From Zootoca vivipara (lineage: Eukaryota): a stretch of 64,000 bases of DNA. Of the stretch, positions 49,674 to 64,000 are shown piece after piece. The notes beneath the pieces are model-generated. The model was not told the DNA's origin. It saw nothing but the letters and a program-made list of their open reading frames with translations, and did not search any database. The stretch spans positions 82,336,001-82,400,000 of the forward strand of contig NC_083277.1 of the NCBI RefSeq assembly GCF_963506605.1. Reading direction: 5' to 3'. Within the stretch, counting starts at the first letter, position 1. Each line of letters starts with the position of its first letter. The position numbers and the translations under genes were made by a program.

Positions 49674-52047
49674 AGTTTTTATACTTCTATTTAATACAGA
49701 TTTTGGTTCTGGAATGTTGTTGGGAGGGAGTGGTGATATTTACATACCCCAAAATATGAAATCAAGAGCAGCAATGGCCATCCAGATGATGTCCGATTGT
49801 CACTGTCATCCCTGGCTGCTGGAAGCTGAAGACCAAGAAAATATGGAGCGACAGAAATTCCCCACCTCTGAACTAGAAGAGAACCCTACTTTGATCTAAC
49901 TAGACTAGCATTCTGTCTTCAACTATGGCCTGCCAGCCACATATGTTATTTGAAGCTAGGGATCTAATGCACTTTGAACTCACTCTCAGTCATTCTTATT
50001 GAATTGTGTGGGCATTGTTTAAGATGATTCTTAACTGATTGCCTAAAGCTCAAATCTGTGATCACATTGTATTCTGAGCAACCGAGTAATTGCTCTCTCA
50101 TCTCTACCGTTTGCAGCAGTACCAACCTCCTATCATGTCCTCCCTCCCCAAATCACCAAAACAGAGTCTTGCTGTGTAGTTTGCAGCCTAATCTGATGTA
50201 GTTCAATTGTGTTCAGTGGGGCTTAGTCCCAGGGAAGTGTGCACAGCAATCTAATCAGAGCCACCCTTTTCAGTAGAGAAATAGAAATTCAACATGTTCT
50301 GCTGAACTCAAGAAAAGGTAAATATGCTAATCAAATGGTGCTCGATTTTTCAAACATTTATGCTGTAGTTTAAGGAATCCTTTGTATAGTCCAGGGGTGG
50401 GGAACCTGTGGCCCCCCCAATGTTGCTGGAGTACAACTCTCACCAGCTTTCACCATTGGCCATGCTGATAAGGGCTGGCAGGAGTTGAACGAACAACATA
50501 TGGAGGGCAACCAGTTGCCCATCTGTACTCTAGTCTAGGGGAGTTGAAGAGCAAGATATGAAATTTAATGAAACACACAAACATGACTCTCAGTCATATT
50601 TGTTTTGTACCACGGGGTTGATTAATTTGGAAATAGAATTTACTTAGCCTGATGCATCCATAGAAATGCTCCAAAGTTTAGATACCTACCTTAAGCAAAT
50701 CCGGTCTGTTTTTAATTTCGGCAAGGCTGCTCCAGGATAACTCCCCAGGGAATAATCAATCTTACAAATGAAATGGTCAGGCACGCAATTGTTACAAACT
50801 TTTTTTTATTTATTAACATTTCTGAATTCCTTTTTTATTTTTAATCTTTACAGTAGTTAATGTGCAATTTCTTGATACTCTCAGGTCACAGGGATGAGGG
50901 AGTCACAAAATTTTTCTTGGCACTTATAACACAGAACAAATACTGGCATTCTCCAGGGGCAAAGAGGTGGGCTTCAAGGTGAAAAGCAGGGGGTGCTGAG
51001 GGAGCTGGGGTGGGGCGGGCGGGGGAAAGGGGGAGGGTGCTTTTGTTATTTCATTTTAAAGGATCTGTTTTCCTCTCGGAGAGGGTTTTACAAGGGGCAA
51101 GGGAGGGAGAGGGGCTGATATTGGAGTAGCTGCTTGCATCAACCCAAAGCGCCTGGAAGGGGGAAAGAGATAAAAGTCCATGCTGCATCTGCGCAGAGGT
51201 TACATAATCAGGCTTTGTTAGTGCTTTTCAGTGTACATTTTTTTGCCCTTTTTTAAAAAAAATTGTTTGCTCTAGTTTAGAAACAAAAAAAGAGAACCCA
51301 ACAAAAGCAAAAAACAAAAGATGGACAAAAAAGTAGAGACAACAAAAGACAGAAGGAGGCCTCACTCCCTTCGCCCCATTGTGGGATTATTCCCATTTCC
51401 AACAGAAAGCCTGCCCAAGATGCAAATAGACCATGGGGGGAGGGAATTATTCAGCTGGCTAGAAGGAACCTCAAAGAAAGATTATAACGTTTTGAGTCCA
51501 AGTGATCCTCAGAGACCCTCTAATATAGATAATTCTTAAGTTTCCTCTGCTGCAGGACATTTATGCTGGATCTCCCCATTCTGTTACATCCCCAGATAAT
51601 ATCCATGAGACTAGACAGTGCCGCCTCAGAGTGGGTCTCCCCAGGATGCTACATACCCAGAATTCCAAAAAGCACAGCCCCGATAGGTCATAACATATGT
51701 CCAGACATTCCTCTTCCAGTGTCCCTTTGTTTTTGAAATTTAGATCTGGCAGTCCTACCAACACAGCTCACAACACAGAGAAACAGGATAGGATTCTTCA
51801 AATGTTATTTCAAGGTTAGTAGCTACTTTGGGCCAACTCTCCTAAAGATGCCAAGCCTCCTGGTGAGAAAATGTACAACTCTTATCTTTTTGGCCTAGGG
51901 GATGCCCATAGCCAATCACACCTGTTTTTTTAAAAAACACAACAACAACAACCCTACTACATGCAGACAAATGCTGCAGGAGATTATTCTGTTCCATGTT
52001 CCAGTGTAAATAAAATTGCTCACCTAAGTTCAGCCAAATGAGATTCA

Positions 52048-52455
52048 GAGTAAAGGTAAAAAAAAAGAAAAAAGGTAAAGGACCCCTGAATGGTTAAGTC
52101 CTGTCAAAGGTGACTATGGGGTGTGACACTCATATGGCTTTTCAGGCCAAGGGAGCTGGCGTTTGTGCATAGACAGCTTTCCGGGTCATGTGACCAGCAT
52201 GAGAAACCCGCTTCTGGCACAATGGAACACTGTGACGGAAACCAGAGCACACGGAAATGCCTTTTACCTTCCCGCCCTAGTGGCACCTATTTATCTACTT
52301 GCACTGGTGTGCTTTCGAACTGCTAGGTTGGCAAAAGCTGGGACAGAGCAACGGGAGCTCACTCCAACATGTAGATCTGAACCGCCGACCTTCTGATCGG
52401 CAAGCCCAAGACAAGAGGCTCAGTGGTTTAGACCACAGCGCTACTCGCGTCCTTC
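52048..52455 (-). mobile_element. Sauria SINE, more diverged subfamily
   Basis: Same architecture as other copies; 14-bp TSD CCAAATGAGATTCA at 52034-52047 and 52456-52469. Confidence 0.88.
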
Positions 52456-55400
52456 CCAAATGAGATTCACTCCACTAGCTTCTCTAGAACCCACCCTTGG
52501 CACCAAAATGCTTCTGGGATAGATAAAAATGAACTGGTTGGTATGGTGTGCCTTCTCCCTTTCCCTCTGAAAAACAGGGACCCCAATAAAACCAGCTGAT
52601 CTTCAGCAGGCCCACCATTATTGCACAATCCGCTCTCCGCCTTTCCTCCGTGAGGAGTCAGTGTTCACCATAAAGCTAGAAGAAGCTGAGTCTATTTCAT
52701 TCAGCAAGGGGGCCGCCAGAAGCTTCAACTTTCTAAGTCAGATCCTTGAATGTCAAGAAGCTACATCAGTTGGTCGGTTCCTCCTTCCCTTTCACAGATT
52801 GTCAAATACAGAGTCAGACCATTAGTCCATCAAGCTAAATTTTGTCTGTGCTGTCATCCCCAGCCCTACCTGAAAATGCCAGAGATTGAACCTGCATGCA
52901 AATCATTTGTTCTACCCCTGACCTATGGACTCTTCCCCCAAGCATCCTTGTAATTTCCATGCACACTGCTGTCCATATCTAAACAGCTTTATGTTAGGAA
53001 GAAGGATCAAGAAGGTTCTCAGGCCAGTTACATAATAACTTATTGGTTTGATTGAACACTTACTTTCTACAGATGTTTCCAAACTCCAATAGTAGGTTAA
53101 AAAGTGTTCTTTCCAAAGCTCTAAAGGAATCAGACCTCGTGGCTGATATACAAAAGGTACAACTCAAACTTTGCTGATTGACCGCTTGCATTTGCAACAC
53201 CCGGATGATATAAAATGACCACCACCTGCATCTGTCTTGCAAAAAAAAAAAAAAGCACGAGAGAGGAGAGGGAATTGAGGCAGAATAAAAGAGCTGTAGA
53301 AATGAGCAAGAATGTGAAGTTTCTTTGTCCTATCTCAGTTCAATTGCAACACCATTTGGTTACTTGCAACAAGACAATATAATCATTTCAAGATAACGGA
53401 TGCAAAACTGGGAATAGCATCAGGATAAGGAAAAAGCAAATAGAGTCGTACCTTGGATCTCAAATGCCTTGCGACTTGAATGTTTTAGCTCCCAAACGCC
53501 ACAAACCCGGAACTGAGTGTTTGCAACCGGCTTGCGAACATTCTTTGGAAGCCAAGCGTTCTTTAACAGGATTCAAAGTGAGATTTGGGGGCTTGTCCTG
53601 CTTTGATATGATCCAGTTTCTACCACCCAATCCCAGAAGTCTTTTTCTTCTTCTTTTGATCATGGGGAGAAAAAAAATCAAGCTTAATTTACTGGATCAG
53701 GTAAGGCTGTAGCCCTGCCACAGTGTTTTTTAAAGAGTGCTTCTTCCAATAATGGCCTTACGTGAAGGTCATGGAGAAAAGTGGGCACACAAGGACTAGT
53801 ACGTGAAGAGTAACATAGGAAAGCGTTCCAACCTTTCCCACCACATTTACCTAGAATTTCAGAGTAATTTCCAAACCAAATAAAAGCCACCCAACCTTCA
53901 ATTCTCCAACTTGATTCTCTAGAGAGAGAGAGTTCTGTTACAAATTCCAGCTCTGCCATCACTGGGAGAGAGGAGAGGGAAATCTATCTGAACTTGTACA
54001 ATTTAGAACTTAAAAGTCAAATGGGAGAGGTTTGGTGGGGTGGGGGAGAAAGAAGAGAAGAGAGTATGATGCCATCAGTTAGCCAGTGTAATGATGTGTG
54101 TATAAAGTCAATAGCCTGGCATTTGCAGGAGAGGGACTTGGGCCATATGCAACTGGATTTGAGTGCAACTAGTAACTTCATCACCCCATCACAAATGGTG
54201 GCGCCATGTGCATTAAAATATTAACCCAGCCATTCAGCAACACTTAGATGAACATGCAGGTGTGCATCCAGGGGCAATGTATATGTATAGTTGCTTACAC
54301 ATGTTTTTCTTTTTTTCTAGATTAGGTTGACAGATGCCTTGATGTCTTATTTTGTTCCATGTTCATATTCAGCATGGCTTAGAACAAGGCCAATCATCTC
54401 ATTAAATTTCCCCTCTAGAACTATCTGAGAAATCAGATTAAGAAAATTAGAATGAGATTGCCACTTTTTTTGTAGTGAATACCTATGTTTTTAAATGTTA
54501 CTTTTCTATCACTTCAACTTCTTCAGGGAAAAATACAAGGGTAAAATGAGTGAGCTTAAGTACATACGGTACATGACCATACAATGCAATAGAAAAATAG
54601 GGCATGCTGGGTGATAAAATAACCCTTTCCTGTTTAAAAGCAGCTAGTGGGAAAGGAGAAGAAATGGCCTGAAAGAAAGCGAGAACTTAGTGTTATGTCA
54701 GAATTGTGTCAATGCCAACATTTACGCTTTCAGATCTTGGCAAAATGTGATCCATTCCTCCAAGTGCAGTGCAAATGCTGACACAGTCACCAGCTAGTGT
54801 GTGGCTGCATCGCTAAAGAAACCCAGTTTATCATGGGTTTCCACCAACGGAGGCACTGGAATGGTAATTCTGGGAAAGACTGAAAAAGAATATTCTCAGC
54901 AAATTCATAAAAATACAATTCCCGTGATTTCCCTGGAGAAGTCATGTCATTTAAAGCAGTATAAACCTGACTTAGGTTTGAAATGTAGATCTGCCTATGG
55001 TAAGTTTAGATTATTGCCAGCCCTTTTTTATTTAAAAACAAACATACAAACAACCATTTCACAGCAAGTGAAATACAACTGTGCTGGGCCAACATGGAGC
55101 AAATGGGGAATGCTACGCATCCAGCCTCAGTCTCCTGCCGCCAAAGCCAAAATGACTGCTCATTTAAACAGTGCTTCCTTCTAACATATTCACATCTCTG
55201 TCTTTGTCTCCCTCCAGTGGAAAGAAAGGAAAATGTCCTGCTTTTAGTATCAAATAACTCATTAAAGAAACAACAGCTAAGACTGCCAACTGTGCAGACA
55301 AAAGAAAGCCAAAAATATGCCCTGAAGTAGAAGCCAAGTCCTTTATACGATGAAGCAACGTTGTAGGACATACAAAATGGATGCATGCCATCTTAGTATT

Positions 55401-57549
55401 TCAAAAGCCACACTGTATTGTACATAACTTTCCAGTCATGCAGCTGGTTGGTAGCCATTTTGTCAAGTTACCTAAGGAGAGTTCTGACTAAAATATCAAG
55501 ACCCAAAATGTATCCTTGCAGTGCAACCCTGGGCATGTCTACTCAGAAGTATATCCCACTCAGTTCAACGGGACCCACTTCCCAGTTAGGTATGCTTAGG
55601 ATTGCATCCTTAGTGTTGCAAATGTTCTCTCCTGGGCACAGAAACACAAGTAAAATTAGTGAAGAAGTGAGCATAGATTTGTACTAGTAGGCGAAGCAGC
55701 CACTACAAGGTACGTTCCTCCTGTGCCACAAAATTAAATGTACTCTGAGCTTGCCTACAAGAAGTTAAAATATACCCCACCCTACTTGTCAACATGGAGT
55801 AACTGCCAGTGCTTGATTAGGACCACTCAGAGTGAAGTGCCCTCTATATGCTAGGCTGCTTTTGAGCCCTTTTCATAACAACAAGATATTCAATTTTTGT
55901 TACCGGTCTCCATATCAGAACTGGTGGAATCTGAGTGTTGCAACTTTGGCTGTAACATATCCAGCACAGAGTTGGTACTACCCACTAGAACAGTTTATCA
56001 AACATTGTAAAGGAGTTATTTCACAAGAGGTAACTGGGCCTGCTTAGCCTCGCTTCCTCTTCACAAAGAAAGAGTGGCCTGAGCCCAGGCGGCCACTGCT
56101 AGCCCTCCCTTAAGAGAAATGGGACTTTCCCCAGTCCAGGCTTGCTTCAACTGACAGATTAGTCGACATGAGATAGCCAGCCCAGCTTAAAATAATAAGC
56201 CAGTTAGTCTCCAAGATGTCACAGCATTTGCCATCTTTTTGCTACTGGGGACAACTACTGCTCTGGAGTTTATTCTCTTGGAAATTCATGGACAGGAGTT
56301 TCCACCCTCTTTAAAAAAAAGAGCTGTAATTCTTTTTATTAAAAAGATTGCCTCCCATTTCACAGTTTGCTCAAAGGAAGGCCAACCATTTCCGGAGAGA
56401 ACTGCAGACTTTGTTTCCTAGTAAGAATAACCAGTTTCTAGACAGGAGAGAGATTCTCGCAATTTAATTCAAAGTCATTATTCTTAGACCATACAAAGAG
56501 AAATGCAGAAAGAGGGAGAGGAGCTTTGCTGCAATCAGGGTAGAAACCTAAATGTGCTTGCTTCCCATCTAAATGTACTTCCCTTCTCAAAATGTCCCTA
56601 TGAACCAGGGGATAGGAGTTCTTCATTATGCACCGGGGGTGCCACCTTGAATAAAATATGGGGGGAAGGGGGCTGGTAAACCCCGCCCTGCATAATCGAT
56701 GACATGACTTAGCATTCACACCACTATTTGGATTACAATGCCTATCAAGTTGGGGGGGGGCAGCTCCGTCAAATATTTTATGGGGAGAGCGAAGGGACCT
56801 CGGTCGCTAGGAGCTGGCTCCTCTGCTATGCACCAAATATGACTCGGAAGCATCACTAAGGGAGCAGGGGAAGGAAAGAGGCAAAATATCACACTGATTC
56901 ATTACCTGGTGCTGGGCGGGGAGCTAAGGTCAAAGGCAGCCTTGCATACTGGGTAACGCCTGGCACTTCTAGGGGGAGGAAACGTGATGCTTTCTCCCTT
57001 GGCTTTCCTTTTTCTTCAAAACCTGATTCCCAAACCTTGTGACATTTGAGCCAATTTAGCTGAAGTGGCAGAAAAGGTTGGCATTTCAATTAGCAGTGCT
57101 GCTATTTGTTCCACAGACTGGCTGAAAAGTGAATAGTTTGCACATTGTTCCCGTCATGACTGTGTGCCACTCAAAATATGGAAGGGCTGCACTGCCAAAC
57201 AGACTTCCCGTATATGTTCTTAGTTCAGTAGGGTAGGCTGGTCAAAACCTCCAAGACAGATAATGGATGGGGAAGGTACATAAGGTCTAGAAGACAGAAA
57301 AAGTAAGGGGAGGTATGTCTGAGAGGGCGGGAGGGAGGGGGAGAAAGAGAGAGAAAATAGAGTAAGGAAAAGGGAGTGTACTCAGAATGGCAGGAGTGGA
57401 ATTGCCATGCTGTGCAAGAGTGGAGGGAAGCCAAGAAGAGTAAGGATAACATGAGCACAGCACTGGGGTCCAGTCCCTTCCCTGTTCGCATTTATCATGG
57501 CACTAGGATTTTCCCACTCTCTGGTATGAACCTGAGGAAAAGGCTTGAC

Positions 57550-57685
57550 CAGGCATCCCCAAACTGCGGCCCTCCAGATGTTTTGGCCTACAATTCCCAT
57601 GATCCCTAGCTAACAGGACCAGGTGTCAGGGCTGATGGGAATTGTAGTCCAAAACACCTGGAGGGCCGAAGTTTGGGGATGCCTG
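57550..57685. mobile_element. Palindromic hAT MITE downstream of the NACC1 stop
   Basis: TIR CAGGCATCCCCAAACT; 8-bp TSD GGCTTGAC. Confidence 0.9.
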
Positions 57686-57993
57686 GGCTTGACGATGATC
57701 AGTCTAAGTTAGAGAGAGACCTGCCTGGAGAGAACCCGAGCTGATGAAGGAAGAGGCAGCACTCTGGGATAAGACCTCCCTGGATCACGGCCTCCATTTG
57801 CAAATGGATTTGGTATTTTTTTTAATTTAAAAAATCTACTAAAATATACCCAAGAACAATTTATAGCACAACAAGGACAGAGGGAAGGGATGGGGGAGAA
57901 AATGCCAGCCAGAACTGCCAATGCAGCAGCAGGACCTCCCCTCTGAGCTCGTACTACCTGTGGCGCCTGAGGAAGCAAGGCCCATGTTTAAGA

Positions 57994-58024
<31 letters not shown>

Positions 58025-58203
58025 TTTAAAGGAGAAGGCACAATGCTCTTTCTCCTCTGCCGAAACAAAAACAAAAACCAACGACGGGGGAGGGGGGGGA
58101 AGAGGGAAGAAATGAAATAAAGGTGGGAAAACGATTCTACAAAAATCAAATTAGGAAATAAAAACCATCGACTGGGGGTGGGGGAAAGAGATTGGGCATG
58201 TTT

Positions 58204-60982
<2,779 letters not shown>

Positions 60983-61941
60983 TCAACAAGTATATATACC
61001 TCTGTGACATCCCACTACAAACATATATTCTGGAAGACAATTCTTATGCAGGTGGTTCAGATTCACATATGGCCCTCCTGGATTTATGGAACTTGCAGTC
61101 TTCCCAAAGATGGGAGCACAAAAACAATTTCCTCCTCTCACAAGAACAGAAAGCTGTTTGGAAGCTTATGCGTTTTTATCTTTGCAATAAAAGTGAAAGT
61201 GGGGAGAGCTCATTGCTGTTGTTGTCACGGGGATCTCCAGTTAGATCCACACTATTCAATGGGATGCAGGGAGATGAAATGCTGACAGGTGGCAAAAGAT
61301 CCATAATCCACAAGGCCTGGATGATTTTATGTTTCTGTTTGCACTGCTCATGTCAAGCAGGAACCTGTCAGGAGCATAGTACATCATATTTATAGGACAC
61401 TTTCCTGAAGTGCTTTCTAAAAATTCATAGCCATCTTTAAAACAACCCCCCTTAGGCAGTATTATTATAGCCTTATTAAATACTGGGAAGGAGGTCGGCG
61501 AGTCTGACAAGAGCAACTTTCTTAAGGCTGCATAGTAGGCTTGTGTCTGAAAGTGATGCTACAGCTTACAGCGCATTTTTACTAATGCTCCTCCTATTAT
61601 TATTTGATTATATACCGTTTCTCAAAATGGTGTACAAACAACTAGCAAACACAACAAACACACAAATGGAGTAGATCAAAAGTAATGAGTCACCTATCAA
61701 AAGAAGATTAGAGAAGTCCTAAATTGCCTCTGAAAGGATGGCAGTGGGGAAGGCTAAATGGAGAGCCAATGGGAAGGCATTCTTGAATACTAGAACTCAA
61801 ACAGAGATTTCCTGTGGATGCTGAACTGTCCTCCATATAAGATGTAAACTTCAGCAGGGCCTCCTCAGTAGATGGGTCATATGTTCCCTGTGATCAGGAC
61901 TGTGGCTGTTTAAGGCAATAAATTAGCAGCCAGTGACTGCA

Positions 61942-62091
61942 GGGATACCTCAGTCAGTAGTGCACGAGACTCTTAATCTCAGGGTCATGGGTTTGAGCCT
62001 CGCATTGGGCAAAAGATTCCTGCATTGCTAGGGGTAGGACTAGATGACCCTTGTGGTCCCTTTCCAACTCTACGACTCTGTGATTCTATGA
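61942..62091 (+). mobile_element. tRNA-Lys-derived SINE with CR1-type 3' tail
   Basis: Degenerate tRNA-Lys(CTT)-like head (GAGACTCTTAATCTCAGGGTCATGGGTTTGAGCC) fused to ...CCCTTTCCAACTCTACGA..GATTCTATGA; a reverse fragment lies near 63830-63935. Confidence 0.7.
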
Positions 62092-62890
62092 AATTCTTAG
62101 TAGGTTATACAAGTATTATACAAGAAGGCCAACTCAAGAGTCTACAACTGAATGCATTACAGTAGTCTAGCTCAGGAGTCACTAAGGCATGTATGATAGT
62201 TCTAGGTCTATGAAGCTTAACCATAAGATTAAACAAATTAATGGGAGGATACGACTGTAAATGGCTACTAGTCATAATGGCTATGTGTTTAATATGAGAG
62301 ACAGTATGCTGTGGACCAGGAGCGGGAGAGTGCTACTGCCCTCCTGCTGTATCTGTAGACCTCACCTAGGCATCTGGTTGGTTTGTGTGAGCACTGACTA
62401 TATGGGCTTTGATCTCATCCATCAGAGCTCTTAAGTTCTTATTAAGTTCCTTGCTACGTCTGCTCCTTGCGGTGCACATTTTTGCTGACTAAATCTCAAG
62501 AGTCTTGAGTATTTGGCCATGGGAAACTGGACTGGGAAGAAACAGAGAGGCTTAGGAGTCACAAAGACAGCCTTATCCCACATGGACAAACAAGGCCATA
62601 CTGATGGTTGGAACCCAAGGTAAAAGTCACCCATGGAATTAACCCTTAGACAACCCAGATCACCTTTGCTCACTCCCTCTTTAGAGTCCAGTTTCAAAGC
62701 CCTAGTCACTCTCTTCCCTGCAAGCCACACTTCCAAGGTGCAAGGATAGCCAGGCTTGATTCTAAGGCTGTGAGAAATAGAGAAGTAAATGACTCTTTAA
62801 TACAGACACTCTGCCCCCCGGGGCAGCTTTCAATATCTCAGGGAGTGCTTCACATATTACAGTAGAGGCAGCTACATGCCATCTAAAATA

Positions 62891-63085
62891 CCGTATATTC
62901 CGGCGTATAAGACGACTGGGCGTATAAGATTCCGGCGTATAAGACGACTGGGCGTATAAGACGACCCCCAACCTTTTCAGTTAAAATATAGAGTTTGGGA
63001 TATACTCGCCATATAAGAAATATGACCCCCGACTTTTGAGAAGATTTTCCTGGGTTAAAAAGTAGTCTTATACGCAGGAATGTAC
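62891..63085. mobile_element. TA-targeting (pogo/Tigger-like) MITE
   Basis: TA-CCGTATATTCCGGCGTATAAGACGAC left end with internal tandem duplication; degenerate right end AGTCTTATACGCAGGAAT. Confidence 0.65.
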
Positions 63086-63282
63086 ATAGCAATTTTCCAC
63101 TACTACCTAATGTATGGAAAACTTTGTAACACTTCAAGAACACCCATGGAAACAAGATGGGGTGTCAAGGCCAACTGCAGCCCCTTCCGCTGTGTATTGT
63201 GTGAAGGGGTGGGTGACAATGCCCTCATCTCGCATTTCACCAGGCAGAAGTGGACACATGATGAATATCATTCATGTACATA

Positions 63283-63655
63283 AAGGTAAAGGGACCCCAG
63301 TTGTGGGGTCCAGTTGTGACCGACTCTGGGATTGCAACGCTCATCTCGCTCTATTGCCGAGGGAGCCGGTGTACAGCTTCCTATTGGCCGAGGGAGCCGG
63401 TGTACAGCTTCCAGGTCATGTGGCCAGCACGACTAAGCCGCTTCTGGCGAACTAGAGCAGCACTTGGAAATGCCGTTTACCTTCCCGCCGGAGCCAGGAA
63501 TTTATCTACTTGCACTTTGACGTACTTTCGAACTACTAGGTTGGCAGGAGCTGGGACCAAGCAACGGGAGCTCACCCCGTTGCGGGGATTCGAACCGCCG
63601 ACCTTCTGATCGGCAAGCCCTAGGCTCTGTGTTTTAACCCACAGTGCCACCTGCG
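63283..63655 (-). mobile_element. Sauria SINE with internal ~30-bp tandem duplication
   Basis: TSD TCATGTACATA at 63272-63282 and 63656-63666; duplicated unit at 63351-63411. Confidence 0.88.
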
Positions 63656-64000
63656 TCATGTACATACTTCTGTTGTAAAACGTGAAGAGGCCCAGACTGA
63701 GCCAATCCAACTCCATAAATTCCCCTGGAGAGTGAAAATTCATTTGAGTAGGATGAGAGATGGGGGCCTGCTCAGTGGCTGCACCCAGCTTATGGAATGC
63801 CCTGTCCCATGAAGTGTGGTTGGCACTTAGAATCACAGATTTGTAGAGTTGAAATGGACCCTGAGGATCATCTAGTCCTACCCCCTACAATGCAGGAATA
63901 TGCAGTTGTCTCATAAAAGGATCGAAACAGCAACCTTGGCAACCTTGCCTTCCCCGTTGTTGGAAGACTGCTTGAATTCAGCAGACTTCTATTGTATGGC

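Noticed and set aside
61942-62010. tRNA-Lys(CTT)-like sequence
   Set aside because: Degenerate stems and fusion to a CR1-type tail indicate a SINE head, not a functional tRNA.

Overview
Vertebrate genomic DNA from a squamate reptile, probably a lacertid lizard (inferred from the Sauria SINEs, CR1, Penelope and hAT/Tc1-mariner MITEs). The ORF track is mostly noise because the real genes are spliced. I assembled six genes by eye from translation, splice sites and reading-frame phase: the last three exons of FBXW9 (+), complete WDR83 (-, 9 coding exons, 316 aa), complete WDR83OS/Asterix (+, 4 exons, 106 aa; divergent from WDR83), IER2 (-, single coding exon, 251 aa), complete STX10 (+, 8 exons, 246 aa, with a minor-spliceosome AT-AC intron) and the last four exons of NACC1 (-). 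All six have human orthologues at 19p13, but DHPS and MAN2B1, human neighbours of WDR83/WDR83OS, were not found here. The main unexplained signals are: (i) an AT-rich ~1.2 kb tract in WDR83OS intron 2 that reads like a decayed antisense ORF with motifs reminiscent of a negative-strand RNA virus L-protein methyltransferase (speculative); (ii) an orphan CpG-island promoter at ~18 kb with a nearby pre-miRNA-like hairpin; (iii) a Penelope-derived palindrome with a 13-bp TSD; (iv) exon-like units downstream of the NACC1 stop codon. I cannot demonstrate a new biological system from sequence alone; these are hypotheses to test.
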